A stretch of DNA of 54,311 nucleotides, filler included, from Catajapyx aquilonaris (taxonomy: Eukaryota): assembly GCA_000934665.2 (NCBI GenBank). It is 3 parts of 3 records of this genome, joined end to end, with 100 filler letters (N's around TTAATTAATTAA, not from the genome) between each part and the next. Parts side by side here need not be neighbours in the genome. Positions count along the whole stretch, not along the records: positions 1 to 18,471 come from JYFJ02006845.1; positions 18,572 to 36,398 come from KZ539605.1; 1 more part is not named here. One strand, given 5' to 3'. Below, in pieces: positions 13,151 through 25,987 of this stretch. How positions within the stretch are numbered: position 1 is the first letter of the stretch; the number at the start of each line of letters is the position of its first letter. The position numbers were made by a program, and so were the translations under genes. The notes beneath the pieces are model-generated. The model did not search any database, was not told the origin of the DNA, and was given only the letters and a program-made list of their open reading frames with translations.

Positions 13151-13407
13151 GAGTGGGATTCCAAAGTCCCCTAAGTCCATTTTCATGAAAAATGAGCTGA
13201 TGGCATCTATTGGTTGCTTATGGTGCTCCCCACCTCCTCCCGAGGTTAGAACACACCAAATGTCCCTAACTCCAAGCGCAAAAATCAGAGAGTTTTCTCA
13301 ATTGCCATATAATCCCATGTTATTGATACCAATAATAACTCAAATTTCTCAAAACAACAAAAATGGACTTTGGGGACTTTGGGAAAGGGGACTTTGGAAT
13401 CCGCCTC
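13151..13407. mobile_element. MITE with GAG...CTC termini (possibly Sola-like)
   Basis: GAGTGGGATTCCAAAGTCCCC / GGGGACTTTGGAATCCGCCTC. TSD unclear. Confidence 0.55.
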
Positions 13408-16400
13408 TATAATATTTTCACGTGGCTCAATAATTACGTGGATATTTTTCTATCCAAAAACAATAGTTAAAAACTGCCATTTATTGAATTGTTATTAAGC
13501 AACAATGAGATAGCTGTTCTCTTTAAAACATCTGAGCGTTGTAAATAAGCTGACCTCAACATATTTTCATGGCGACAATGAACACTTGAGCAACACATGG
13601 GAAGGATCGCACATGGTCTTATTTTAACAAAAGGGACTTTTTTTTTATTTCTTCAGCTGCTGGACAATTCCGTGACAGTTTTTACCTGGCTATGTCGCTC
13701 TGCTTACTGCAATTTAAACAAAAATGGCATACGTATTTAGACTGACTCACAGTAGTCCATGTGTAGGAATATTTTCAGGTCAGAAGAACTCAATTAACAT
13801 AATCCTAAAATAAAATAGGCACATCAGTGTTACAGTTACAGCATATTGGCTTATAGTGTATCTCGGTAACTACACATGCTAGGAGTATAATCAATGTCAT
13901 TTTATTCAAAACATTACGTAGAATCTATCACACACATTGACAGGGTTTAGTAGCGCAAACTATGCACAGAAAATTGGAGGTCAGTCACATGACCTTTGGC
14001 CTGTCGAGTATGACCAGTGGAAGAAATGTGAAAAAAATGTCCAAGTGCATGGTGCACGCGTGGACCTATACTCAATGCCTTTCAGAATAAAGTTTCCACT
14101 TGTAAAAAACGTTTAATTTGCGAGTAAATAATATTCCCCACCTGACCCGCACCCATCCTTACCCCTCACCTCTCTGCGAGAGAGCAAAGATCTTGCAGGC
14201 TACTAACATGACTGCTGATAACAATCCGAAAATAATACTCAATACACATTCATTTTCCTACGACAAAAAATTCCCAACTTAGGAAACATGATCCCTTTGC
14301 CAATAAATAAATTCTAAGCTATCCCGTACACAACTCGCACCAGGCCCTCTTATCTTGCTTGAACCTAGAGCGGGTCAGCCTGGTGACAGGAGAAGAGGGG
14401 AAGGAAAATTATTTACAACATTAGCACGTACGAGGCCCAGCCTGCTGCCTAACTGCCGTATATTTATGGTTATGTGGAATCACACATAAGACTAGTCTTT
14501 GTACCCATTTTTGCTGTCGAAACTTGTGGTATCTGATTTCACCAATTCTGAGGCCAGAGGAATGGTGATCGGACGTGCCTTTGCTGAGCTCCTCAAGTGT
14601 GTATTAGTGACGAAATGCACTGAAGTCTATAATTATTTTCTAAATTTATTTTCACAATTATTTACTGTCAAAGGAATCATGAATTTTGATTTTATTTTAT
14701 TTGCTCAGATCTATTGACCTCAGATAGTTGAAAACATTCCTACTTACTAAGTGAATAGGTATAAGCACGTGCGCCATTTTTTATTATTGGAACAGGTACG
14801 GTGACACCCGGATTTTTTTTTTTTTTTTGCCGATCTGTCGTGGAATTGCCCCGGTTTTACTTTGCGGTACACATCAGGATTTTGTCTGGCCGGAGAGGTC
14901 AGGCGTTACAATGTGATTGTTGGGATTTTGTTCTCTCTTTCGAGTCTGCAAGTCAGAATAATTATTACATAAAAAAATGATTTTTATGTAATATTCTGAC
15001 TTGCAGAATTTTCCATCCTGTAAAAATTTCCATTTGAATGTGTGAATTTCCATTTGAATGTGTGACTCCCCCACAAACTAGCCAAAATTTAGACTGTAAT
15101 TTGATACCACCCCTGGCGGTCAAGTCACCTATTTCGGTGCTGAGGGGGGGGGGGGGGGGGGGGGGGGNNNNNNNNNGGGGGGGGGGGAGGGGGGAACCCC
15201 ACCTGCAACGAAGGGCGCAAAAACGACCTCTATGTTATTTTTCCATTGCTACATACCGGTATTGTTGCCAACGATTAACGCGGTTTCACGGAAATAGACG
15301 CACCAACTGGCCTTTATATTCGTATCAGGTGTACCGAGTATTTTAAAATAATCCTGGTAAAATAGAATTTGTGTACTGACGGTGCCCCAGGTGAAAATAT
15401 TAGCAAGTACCTACCAGGACACCTATTTTATTGGTCTACTAATTTTTGCTGTAAATGGTGATTGATAATACCTCCTAAAATATGAAAAGTAAAACTGCAA
15501 ACCAGGGGTACTGAGCTCAGATACACTGATCTGACCATAATCTTGTGAATTTGTTGCAATTTTTTTCTTCTTCAGAATTGTATGTACAGAGAGTGTTCAT
15601 CCCTAACAAATAAGCCTGAAGGCTTTACATTGGTTGGTTGGTTGGTTTATTAAGGAGAAGCCAAAGCAACTATGACTATCTGGCTGTAGAAGATGCAGAG
15701 GTGGGACAGATGGAGAATGGGGTAGGAAATTAATAAATAAATAATTAGTTAAACAAATAAAAAAATCCCATGACTTTGCAATTTTTAAATAGTTGAATTG
15801 GCACAGAAGGCACTATAAAGATGACATTTTTATTCATATTTTATGCCAGTGACATAATTATGACAACAAATTTTTAAGTCATATATGGTTCACTAAAACT
15901 GATACTTCATGAACTTGATTAGTGAATAGTACTTTTCGAAACATGTGACAATCCTTCAAAATTGGGTATTAGAATGGGATAACTCATCAAGTTCTTTAAA
16001 TGTCAGTATTCGTGAAGAACATATCACTCTAAAAATTGGGCATCATTTACCAATGCCATACAATATATTATTTCATAATATATCAGGTTCCTGGCGCCTT
16101 CTCTAACTATTTGAAACTTTTAAAAATTGCATATTTACAGCCCCTTGACCCCAACACCTGAGCTGTGTATCACCAAGGTATCACTGGTTTACAGTACCAC
16201 CATCCAATTTTCTAGTGCACACTATCAAGTACCATTTGCACCAATAATCCTGGTGGACCATGCAAAATACAGTAGTGTCCCGTATTTTTCAACCAAAAAA
16301 TGTGAAAATTCAGATTGCAACAATAAATTACTTGATAATTATTAAGCAACAATGAGTTAACTGGTACAGTATCTTCAAATCCACTGCGCCGAGCAACTTC

Positions 16401-17397
16401 GCGTTTGGCTCATGACCGGTTCAGGAATGTGCGTAACAATGCTATAGGAGGAAGGTTCATGTTTGTTGGGCGGTTACTCGCATCTCATTGTTGGAACAAG
16501 ACCGAATTTGGCCATGCACAGGAGGCGGGAAAAGTGGGATCAGAGCAGGTGTGTATTGGTTGCTTCTTCCACTCATGTGTCCCGCCAACTGCATTGTTGC
16601 TTCCAACAATGACATCCGAGCAACCGATGGTTTCGAGGTAGTTACGAGATTTATAAACCAAGAATGGAAGCAGTTCGGTTGCATTGACATCGAGGTTCAA
16701 AAGAACCTCAAGAGAAATGCTGCACCTCAAAGTGATTAGTGCTCTATCATAAAATGTTCCTTGGTCAGATCAGAGCATTGTCACCCATCCCAGGCTAATA
16801 GTCTAACAGTCGAACTCTCAGGTCAAGTTTATGGCAATTCGAAACTAATTCCCCTTTCGGTTGGCTACCTACTGACTGTTTCCGACTGTTGGCACCATTG
16901 TGACGCGCTAATAGCAGTGCCACCATTGGCCACTTGGATAACTATGTCCAACGGTTTTTTTCCCCCCTCCCATTTCCTTTTTTTAAGCCCCGGATTAACC
17001 CGTAGTCAACCCATTGAGTCAACCCGTAGTGCTATTGCTAAGAAACGGTCGGGACGACGAGGATAAGACGCAGATTAGGATGGATACAGAAGAGGCACAA
17101 GTAGAGGTACAGTACGGTGACTCGATGAGTACAGGAGGAGGAAGAGAAGAGGGGAGGGCGACGGTTGCTTGCTCATTCTATCGCTCAGTCTCCACCGACG
17201 CCGCTGTCCCCGTCATGACATGTTGCGCCTCTTGACCAGGTCATAAGGTCGAGTCCAGCAAAAGTTACCCCCAAGGCATCAGTGGAGAGAGATATCGTGC
17301 ATGGTAGAACCGGTGCTTGCCTGTCCGAACATCCCCGCATTACCCATTCCAGGCAGCGGTCCACATCATTCGGACACCCGTTCTATTAGAGCCTTAC

Positions 17398-17484
17398 CTG
17401 AGTGCGTGCCGTCGCAATTGCGAGCTTCATTGCAGCTTTCATAGCGGGGTCGTTGATGTCGAAGGAGGGTGGTCTTGCTGCCAT
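17398..17484 (-). CDS. Probable first coding exon, likely of the Ala/Lys/Glu-repeat gene
   Basis: MAARPPSFDINDPAMKAAMKLAIATARTQ then CAG|gtaagg, phase 0. Lies in a GC/CpG-rich island downstream of a YY1-type AAGATGGCGGC motif at about 17855-17867. The link to the 8174 exon is inferred from phase only. Confidence 0.5.
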
Positions 17485-18471
17485 ACCGACAAGTTCGAAC
17501 GCACAGCAATGGAATACAAGTTGTCTGTTTAGACACGGTTTAGAGGTCGGAGGGGAAAAGGGTCGAATCCTAGGTCGAATCCATCCGGGGACCGGAGGAC
17601 GGGATGAACCAATGGGTAGTCGGCATCATTTGGCGGGAAAAGTTCTTGGAGTCTGATTGGACGGAGTGGCTGACACAAGCACCACCACCGCTGGCTGTAT
17701 TTTTCTGCTATATATTTGACTATTTTAAAAACAAAACAAAAAAAACTGCCAGGTAGTCCTTGGTGCAGCTTGGTGTGTGTCATGGACGGTTCACTCTTAT
17801 GGTCGTCGGAGAGTAGTTTAAATCGACCAGAAAATATTAGAACGATCTAGCAACCGGCCGCCATCTTGAATTTTCTAATGTGAGAGGTGGAGCCCGCACA
17901 ATTCAAACAAGAGTGGGACAAAATTGCGAAAAAAACAAACAACAACGGACGATGCTTTACTGCTGACACAAGAAATTTGAGCAAGAAAAAACATTTCACT
18001 TTATGTCTCGGTAGCTTTTCGTTCTGCTGTTGCAATGGTTCATGTGTCAATCGACCCCAATTGATGGATCAGGGATTCGTAAAACATGCGACAAAGCATA
18101 ATATTTTATAATAATTAGGAAAAATGTGTGTGAGGTCAAACAGAAGTCCCGTAGCTTCATTTGGGCAGAAAATGTATAGCTTATGGTGTTGTTGTAACTT
18201 GTCTGATATCTTATGTTTTTCTTCATTTTGATAATTCACTAAACTCAGAATATATTACTGGGACACCCAGTCAGTTTTTTTTTCTGGGCCTCTTGCTATT
18301 GTTGTGGCTGCTTTAGAGATGACTATTATGAAAATCGATAGCTTGTGTAATCCAAAATTATGTTGTTTTTTAGAAACACCCCACCTGTTCTTTCCTATGT
18401 TCTGCTTGCCACTTCATTGCAAATTTAGGATATAAACGAGAATAATATCACTCTCCTAATCGTGGACCAAC

Positions 18472-18571
18472 NNNNNNNNNNNNNNNNNNNNNNNNNNNNN
18501 NNNNNNNNNNNNNNNTTAATTAATTAANNNNNNNNNNNNNNNNNNNNNNNNNNNNNNNNNNNNNNNNNNNN
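18472..18571. other. Assembly gap of unknown size with artificial linker
   Basis: 44 N + TTAATTAATTAA + 44 N. Confidence 0.95.
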
Positions 18572-18668
18572 CGTTTCCGGACACGGTTTCCTATGTCAAA
18601 AATGTTTGTCTTGGTCCCCTCTATTACCCCTAGAAGTTTGTAAAGTTAGGTCGTAAACACCCTGTATA
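18572..18668. mobile_element. Tc1/mariner-type element end truncated by the gap
   Basis: Ends in CACCCTGTATA and is a reverse-complement homologue of 36288-36385. Confidence 0.75.
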
Positions 18669-18856
18669 AGTTGTGGCTGCCAACATGGATAAAATATATG
18701 GATGCTAAACTTTGCATTTTCCCCACTGGCATAGGCATGCCTGGTACTGGAAGAACCTTTGGAAGGTGGATGGATGACTCTTTACGGTTTCCCAATACAT
18801 GGAATCAAAAACTATGCTCATTGAGAAGTTCTAGAATTCCATTATTAATATATTAA

Positions 18857-19368
18857 CCCTTAACTACGTAGGTGGCCGAAACACCTTTCACTACGTAGGT
18901 GGAGCCTGAGCGGCTCCAGCTGTATATTTAAATATCTGCTTATCAGCTCAATTGTTATATTGGACTTTTCACATACAGAAAATGCAGTTCAGATAATTAG
19001 GCTTCCGAAAACGTAAAAATCACACGCTGAGTCAGCATATTCCGACAGAAAAAATTCGTAACGAGGAACAGGTCGCACGTGGAGCCGTCCAGGCTCCACC
19101 TACGTAGTAAAGGGTGCAGTCGTTTTCCCTATTCAGACACTCTCCACGGAGATAGGGGGAAAAAAACAGCACCCTTTACTATGTATATTATGAATTTTTT
19201 TCAGCCAAAGAATGGTGACTGAAATTTTTCTTTTCTTCTTTTCATGCTTAGGTAGGTTTTTGTGACAAAGTCATGGAAAGGACAGGGGGGAAAAAACATT
19301 TACTTAAAAAGTTACATGCGTTTAAATAAAGGTTGGAGCCTCTCAGGCTCCACCTACGTAGTTAAGGG
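18857..19368. mobile_element. piggyBac-like MITE
   Basis: TTAA TSD on both sides, perfect 19-bp TIR CCCTTAACTACGTAGGTGG, internal copies of the TIR motif. Confidence 0.9.
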
Positions 19369-20027
19369 TTAACAATTTAATTTGTCATTAGTAAACAAAA
19401 AACAAAATGAATCGTCATTATGAGTTATGAATGACCTAAGAAACATGGAAGTAGCAATATATTTCCTTGGACAAATATCGTGTTGCATAGTGTTATTGGA
19501 TAAAAATTCTTTGGCTTCCAAATTCTTTCAATAGCATGAAGCAGTCCCTCCAACTGAAGCAATGTTTTTTATATGACGCTTTTTTTAAATGGTGTCAAAT
19601 CTCATAGCAAAAACACCCACAACCACCACTTTAAAAAACTATTGAAAATATATGAGTGGTGGCTTGGTAAGTCTACTAATCTATATGCAACTGTGTCAGT
19701 CCATGATCTGTCCTCCAGAACTCCAAAAATATGACACCACATAATAAGAACTAAATAGGCTATATCAAGAAGTTGGTAGATGAGAGAGTGTTCCCTCACA
19801 CAAATATACCTTCGACAGCATTGAGTTTATCCCAAGATACACAAAAGATTATAAATCTGATTGCACAAGGATGAGAGGCACTCACAGTACTGGAATGTAG
19901 ACTGTCTCTTTCTTAGAAATTTAATTCATTCCATATTGATTTCATCTACGTTATAGTTTCTTTTCATGTTACACCTTATCAATCACAAGGAGTGGGTGCA
20001 AAACTTTTGGACTATGATCCTGTACAG

Positions 20028-20348
20028 CAGAGTTTCCCAAACTGTGCTCCGTGAAGCTTCTCCAAGTGCTCCGCGAAGAGGTTGGGAAAAAAAAGGAATT
20101 CTTCAATAAGCTATATCAAGGCTATATCCATTCAAATCTCTCAGTAGCTTGTGTGACCTTGAACCAAAAAAATTTTCGCCTGCGGCGCCCTTCCGCCCCT
20201 CACCTTCCCATTTACTTATTTGGCTCTGCCCCCACCCCCCTCCGCCCCAGAATTTTTTTCTGCTTCCGCAGTTTGATGATGTTTGTGCTCCGTCACAAAT
20301 ATCTCTCCTGAAAAGTGCTCCGTGATTCAAAAAGTTTGGGAACCTCCG
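20028..20348. mobile_element. hAT MITE (inverted relative of 10033-10331)
   Basis: TIR CAGAGTTTCCCAAACT / AGTTTGGGAACCTCCG, perfect 8-bp TSD CTGTACAG. Confidence 0.9.
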
Positions 20349-20362
20349 CTGTACAGCATTGC

Positions 20363-20633
20363 TGGACATTAATGGTCGATTACTGACAGTGACATTTTCC
20401 ACGGTGGCAGAAGAGCACATGGAAATGATGAAGTACAAGCCGTCCGAGTAAGAAACGGTAGGCCCTGGGTGACATCACAGGCTGGGCACAACAAACAATT
20501 GTGCCCAGCCTGAGAAGTCACCCAGGGCCTGCCAATGCTACCATTACTTACTTGGACTTGTACTTCATCACTTCCATGTGCTCTTCAGCCACTTTGGAAA
20601 ATGTCACTGTCAGTACTCCTTCATTAATGTCCA
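20363..20633. repeat. About 270-bp palindromic foldback (MITE-like)
   Basis: TGGACATTAATG...ACTGACAGTGACATTTTCCA pairs with TGGAAAATGTCACTGTCAGT...CATTAATGTCCA. Inner stem GGCCCTGGGTGAC/GTCACCCAGGGCC. Confidence 0.8.
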
Positions 20634-20702
20634 TCACTGTACTGTCTGTCTGTACACTACAGTGTACAGCTTTGGTTAGAAACTGGTCACATATGTACTT
20701 AC

Positions 20703-20796
20703 TTGAACTCACACCATATGATGGCTGCTTCTTGCGAATACCAGTCAAAATGAAGAAGAGCACCAATGGAATTACCAGCTCGAATAGTAGAACAAT
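20703..20796 (-). CDS. ABCA2: ABCA-family (ABCA2-like) transporter, second coding exon (first TM helix)
   Basis: ttccag| ... |gtaagt, 94 nt, [31 protein letters not shown], matching the ABCA2 pattern [25 protein letters not shown] as recalled. Confidence 0.85.
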
Positions 20797-20844
20797 CTGG
20801 AATATTGAGAAAAAAAAGTGTTATGTTCTGGAATTACTCACTTA

Positions 20845-21502
20845 TACAGGGTGATTCTCCCGAATGGAAACCCAAACATTCCTCAATAACTTTTTAACTA
20901 TAGTATGGTTCCCGATGAAAATTGACTTGTACTTACCTTGTACCATGATAAACAAGGTCCGACTAAAGAATATACCAAAAGTGGTCCCCTCCAGCATCCA
21001 GGATTTTTAAAATGAGAGTCTGCATCTTTACCGAAGACTCTCGCTTACTGGCGGCAGGCATTGCCTCCATCTCCTGCCAGCCAAGCGCCGTAAGGGGGTT
21101 CACAACTGGCTGATGGTAGCACAAAACGAACGAAACGAAATAGTGGACTAATCAGAGCCCAAAAGTGAAAGTCACTTTTAGTCATCCTCCTGATTGGTCC
21201 ACTATTTCGTTTCGCTCGTTTCGTATGCTACCGTCAGCTAGTTGTGAACCCCCCTACGGCGATTGGCTGGCGGGAGATGGAGGCAATGCCCGCCGCCAGA
21301 TCTGCAGGTGTCTTTGGCTATATGCAGACTCGCATTTAAAAATTCTTGGTTGCTGGAGGGGACCACTTTTGGTATATTCTTTAGTCAGGCCTTGTTTGGC
21401 ATGGTACAAGGTAAGTACAAGTCAATTTTCATTGGGAACCATACCATAGTTAAAAAGTTATTGAGGAATGTTTGGGTTTCCATTCGAGAGAATCACCCTG
21501 TA
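20845..21502. mobile_element. Tc1/mariner-type MITE, near-complete 660-bp palindrome
   Basis: TACAGGGTGATTCTC...GAGAATCACCCTGTA termini, TA flanks, arms of about 320 bp. Confidence 0.9.
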
Positions 21503-22543
21503 TAACCAAGGTATAACTTAACCAATAACTTAGGTTATCATGTATCATAATAAATACATTTCACCCCACACTGCACGTTTAGGGTTATAATTATGGTCCT
21601 ACAAATCAGTAGAGTAGGCCTACATAAAAATGTGAGGTAGTACCAGTCCAAGTACCACTCAAAGATTAGAGAATACCTTTGGCCTATTCACTGATCCTTA
21701 GTACCCCCAAGCTCTTGGATGGTACCACCAAGAGCTGGTACCACTAGTACCGGTACCTCCATTTTGGCGCAATTGGAACTCCCTGGGAGGTTTTTTTTTA
21801 CTTCAAATTTCAATTATCTAGCTACAGCTACAGCTACATATTCAACGATTTGTAAATTTTAAAAAAAAAAACTTAAAATCCCGTTCCAAAATATACACTT
21901 GGTATCGATGTATCGATATTGATGTCTACCATCGATCCGATATCGGATTTTAATAGTATCGATATATCGGAGTATCGTTATTTTTCAGCCACTTACAACT
22001 AAATTGGTTTGTGATTTTCCGCGCTATGCTGTTTATTTGTAAGCAATTACTCTAGGATACTATCTGCTACTGCTTCGAATGGATTCCACCCACTTTGGAT
22101 TCCACCTATAACGCATCCTTCGCGTCAAATAAATTGACCTCAGGTGCCAGTGGGTGTCACAAGGTGTCAATATTCGTAACCTCATTAGCGTCCATTCAAC
22201 CTAATTTTCGAGCTAATTTTAGCAGCAAGGTGTATTGAGTCCCTACACCATGTTTGATGTTTGGCAGTAAATCTTTTTGAAAACCTATGTAAGTAACAAA
22301 ATGGAGGCAGGGTGGCGCGACATTCGGATCCGAAACCGCGCAAACGCACAAGCACCAATCATGTCCATTCCTTCTGCGCATGTGCCGGCGCGTTCCCGCG
22401 TCCTGCCCGCGTCTGTCAGAAACATCCGGGTTCCACTGCAGCCTTCGCGCCCAGCGGCCACTTTCCCTACGTCCTTCCTCCTTCGATCTTCGTTCTGTAT
22501 CTGTTCCATCGGAAGATTCTGGCCGAGGCGACAGCAGTGCGCC

Positions 22544-22973
22544 ATGGCTCCCATTCGCTCCAAGTCTAAAGGCAAGGGCTGCCACATGCTGGACTTGTGG
22601 CAGACACATTTTGCACGAAACGCAGCTCAGGTCGGCAGCATCAGACGTCCTTCAACCTCCGGCTTAGAGCCTAAGCAGAACCGGCAACAAAGCCAGTCCC
22701 CGCCACTGCAGGATCATCACCGGGAACAGCAACCTCAACAGCAGAACATGGACGCTACCATGAACAGCACCAACTCCCGCTCAACGCAGCAGCAAAACGT
22801 GGACACTACCAACTCATTGCAGCAGCACACAGATGTGACCGAGAACAGCACCAACTCTCCATCTTCACAGCAGAAGCAGCCCCACACAGGCGTGACAATG
22901 GACAGAAACTCCCTCCGGAACATATTCACAACTGATAGGAACACAATGGACACCACCGTGCAGCACTCCAGTG
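22544..22973 (+). CDS. Exon 1 of nested coiled-coil gene (SYCP3/Cor1-like candidate); Q/N/S/T-rich N-terminus
   Basis: GCCATGG Kozak context (an in-frame upstream ATG also exists at 22301), open frame, G|gtaaat phase-1 donor. Confidence 0.65.
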
Positions 22974-23999
22974 GTAAATGTAGAATTCAATTTCATTTCT
23001 TGAGACCTTCAGAACTTTATCCCACGCTCTGGAGACCCTCAAAACCTGCCACTCTAAAACACTGGCAGGTACTGGAGATTCTGCGCATTTCTCCACTTTT
23101 CAAAAGCTTTTCCTTCTTTAATGGCCCTGTATGTAAGCCTTTGCAGATATTACAGGGCAATTCCACCGTAACTAACGCAGTGGACATGATTCACGATGTA
23201 TTGATATTTATTGCAATGGCAAATGTTAATGGAAAGGAAATTTAAAATTATTCCTATGTGGCTGCCTCCTAGTACCTTATTGCCATATTTTTATAATTTC
23301 GCAACAGTAACTTGAATGGACTCTGTAAAATATTAATGTAACTGACGCAACATGAATAGGACAAGCTCTTGGGGGGGGGGGGGGGGTGCTGTAATGACGT
23401 GAAACCCTGTGAGCTGAATGTGTTTAGAAGTAATGTTACAACTGATATGCAATTTTGTGATTACTTTAGATCACGCCTGTTCACATTAATATATTCCGGA
23501 GAAATTATGATAAACGTAACTGATGCAACAAACCTTGCGAAGTTGCGTCAGTTACGACTATTATATCTCAACTATTCCGTGGCTCTGCTGCTATCTGATA
23601 GCAGAATGTTGCTACGCCTTCTTCATCTGACAAAACGACATAGTATTTTGCTTTCAATAAGTCGTAGCTATACCGGTAGGGTACTGTACAAAGTAGTGTA
23701 CTACTGTACAGTAGTGTGTTCAGTACCCTGCCAGTGTAGCATGAAAGCGCCTTTTTCAGTGCAACCCACAAGGCTAAAAACCTGTCAACCAGCTTCAACC
23801 CAATGCATTTGCCTTGCATTTGCCAGTCCGCGCCACTCAGTTCGAAATTGTATGGTGACTATGTCTAAAATTAGAGACAGACTTACACTTTCATATATAT
23901 ATCTCAGTTTCAGTTTCTCTAGTGAAACCTCTGAATTAGAAAATTACTCAATTACTTTTTTATTCTCCCTGGTACAATAGTAATCAACTTTAATTCCAG

Positions 24000-24145
24000 A
24001 TACTGCTACTGAGCATTTCACACATGTGGAACACATTTATCAGGAATACCACAACCAGCTCAAGATGCTGCAGGAAGAAAAAATGAAAAAAGATGAGGAT
24101 GTCTTCAAAAAGAGGAATGCTGCCATGAAGAAAAACATTGAAATG
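24000..24145 (+). CDS. Exon 2 of nested coiled-coil gene
   Basis: ttccag acceptor, phase 1 matches exon 1, DTATEHFTHVEHIYQEYHNQLKMLQEEKMKKDEDVFKKRNAAMKKNIEM. Donor is weak (gtgcaa). Confidence 0.65.
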
Positions 24146-25584
24146 GTGCAATGTCTGTTTTACACTATCCCTTGACATCACATGGAGCTGCTAGCTCATG
24201 TTGTGGTGTGATCAGTACCACTTAAATAATTTTGCCTGGAATAATTATATCTCTGCCATTCCAAGGGAAAAAAGCTCTGTCTCACAAACCAGTAAGGATA
24301 AATGTCACTTACAGGCCCTGCATCCAACTTTAATTCTTACTGGCTCTGTAGGTAGGGCTTTTTTTCCTTGGAAAAGCAGAGCTGCATACTGCATTTTGCT
24401 TTTTTTTATGGGGGTGGGTTGGGGGTAAGTAATCGAAGCTGCTGGTCTCTCATTATTGATTGCAGTGGTTAAAATTTCTCTAAAAGTGAGTCATTGGGAC
24501 TGATCTGCATTTTTGTGGCAGTACAGATCATAGTAAATCAAAATAGGAAAAGCCCTCTTTGTAATATGAAAACATGAACCAAGGAGTGGAAGAAGTGGGT
24601 GTTGAGCATTCCATTTTCCTCCCTTTTGCCATCGTGCAACCTTCTCTGAAACTGACATCAACAGCTGCGTCTGATGGGATGCTTACATACAACTTAAAGC
24701 AAACAAAAACGAACAATCACGACCTTTCCCTTAAAAAAGGTGTAGTCACTGACAAACAAGAATCAAGCTGAAGAGTATCACTTGTGCAAGCTGGTCAAAT
24801 GATGGCAGAGAGATAGATGTGTTACTATGCCACCTGTATTAATATAGTGTATACAACTTGAATGAGATGAGTTTGAGGAGCTCAGCTATAGAAGAAAAAA
24901 CCAGTACAACATTGCCTGAACCTCTTTGAGCCACAATCTCAGCAACGCATGCACCCACTGTCTGAGAGAGGCAGTGCCCTGCTGTGTTAGAACCATAAGG
25001 AGACATTTCTCCATACCTGTACTATAAACAGTAATAGAGGTATTAGAAACGGAAAACCATACTATGGCACTCATTACTGGGTAAGACAGGGTAAGAGGTT
25101 TGGTGGTAAAATAGCTCTCATGGCAAAATTGAAAGGAAAAAAAAGTCAAAGTTGGCAATCTTTTCATGTAGGATTTTTCTTCTCTCAAGGGACACAAGGT
25201 GTCAGGAAAATATTATGCCTGGTTCATTTTTGACACTGTTTGTACCCAGATAATCAGGATTTTTTTCTTGTATCTGCATAACCAAAAAAGTCACAGAAGT
25301 AATCTTGCATAGAAAATATTTAAGTACCTTTTTTTCTCTCTCTCTCTCTCTCTGCCATCATAGCATATCATACTAGTGTCCTAGCAGTGATAGCAATGCA
25401 ATCATGTGATACATCTGCACCTCAAATCTAAATTAATCAAAATTTAACCACATATTCAAATTGCATTACTGAGATTTGAAAAAAATCAATATTTTAACAT
25501 CTCGGTAATGAAATGAAATGAAAATATGTTATCAATTGATTGATAAACATCTTTTCTTTTCTTTTTTGTAATACAGGCAATATA

Positions 25585-25868
25585 TACATGGTGTAAATCC
25601 TAAGCGTGTCACCAGAAAAGATGGTGGTAGAGGGCGCAGGTGTGAGCATTTTTGCATAAGGAACTAGGGGTCGGAAACGCACCCTCACCGAGTTCCGCCC
25701 CTTTCAAGTTTGCAGCAGGCAGTGTGCAAGAGGTGTGCAGCACGCGGCGGAATGGGTGAGGGGGGCTTGGCAGGTAGACCCCTAGTTCCCTATGCAAAAA
25801 TGCTCACACCGTCCTGCGCCCTCTACCACCACCTTTTCTGGTGACACGCTTAGGATTTACACCCTGTA
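25585..25868. mobile_element. Tc1/mariner-type MITE
   Basis: TACATGGTGTAAATCCTAAGCGTGTCACCAGAAAAG / CTTTTCTGGTGACACGCTTAGGATTTACACCCTGTA, TA flanks. Confidence 0.85.
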
Positions 25869-25987
25869 TATAGGAAGCAGTAGATCACAACACCACAATA
25901 TTATTACAGTTCAGACCTTGAAATAGCCATGATGTGTACTGTTGTTCTTGAATGTTGCTCAGAATGCAAATCACCTTATCCCAGCTC

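Noticed and set aside
16405..16739. Cluster of overlapping 77-83 aa ORFs
   Set aside because: No recognisable homology or consistent splice structure, so no frame can be supported.
18516..18527. TTAATTAATTAA motif (also at 36443-36454)
   Set aside because: It is centred in symmetric 44-N runs, so it is an artificial six-frame-stop gap linker.
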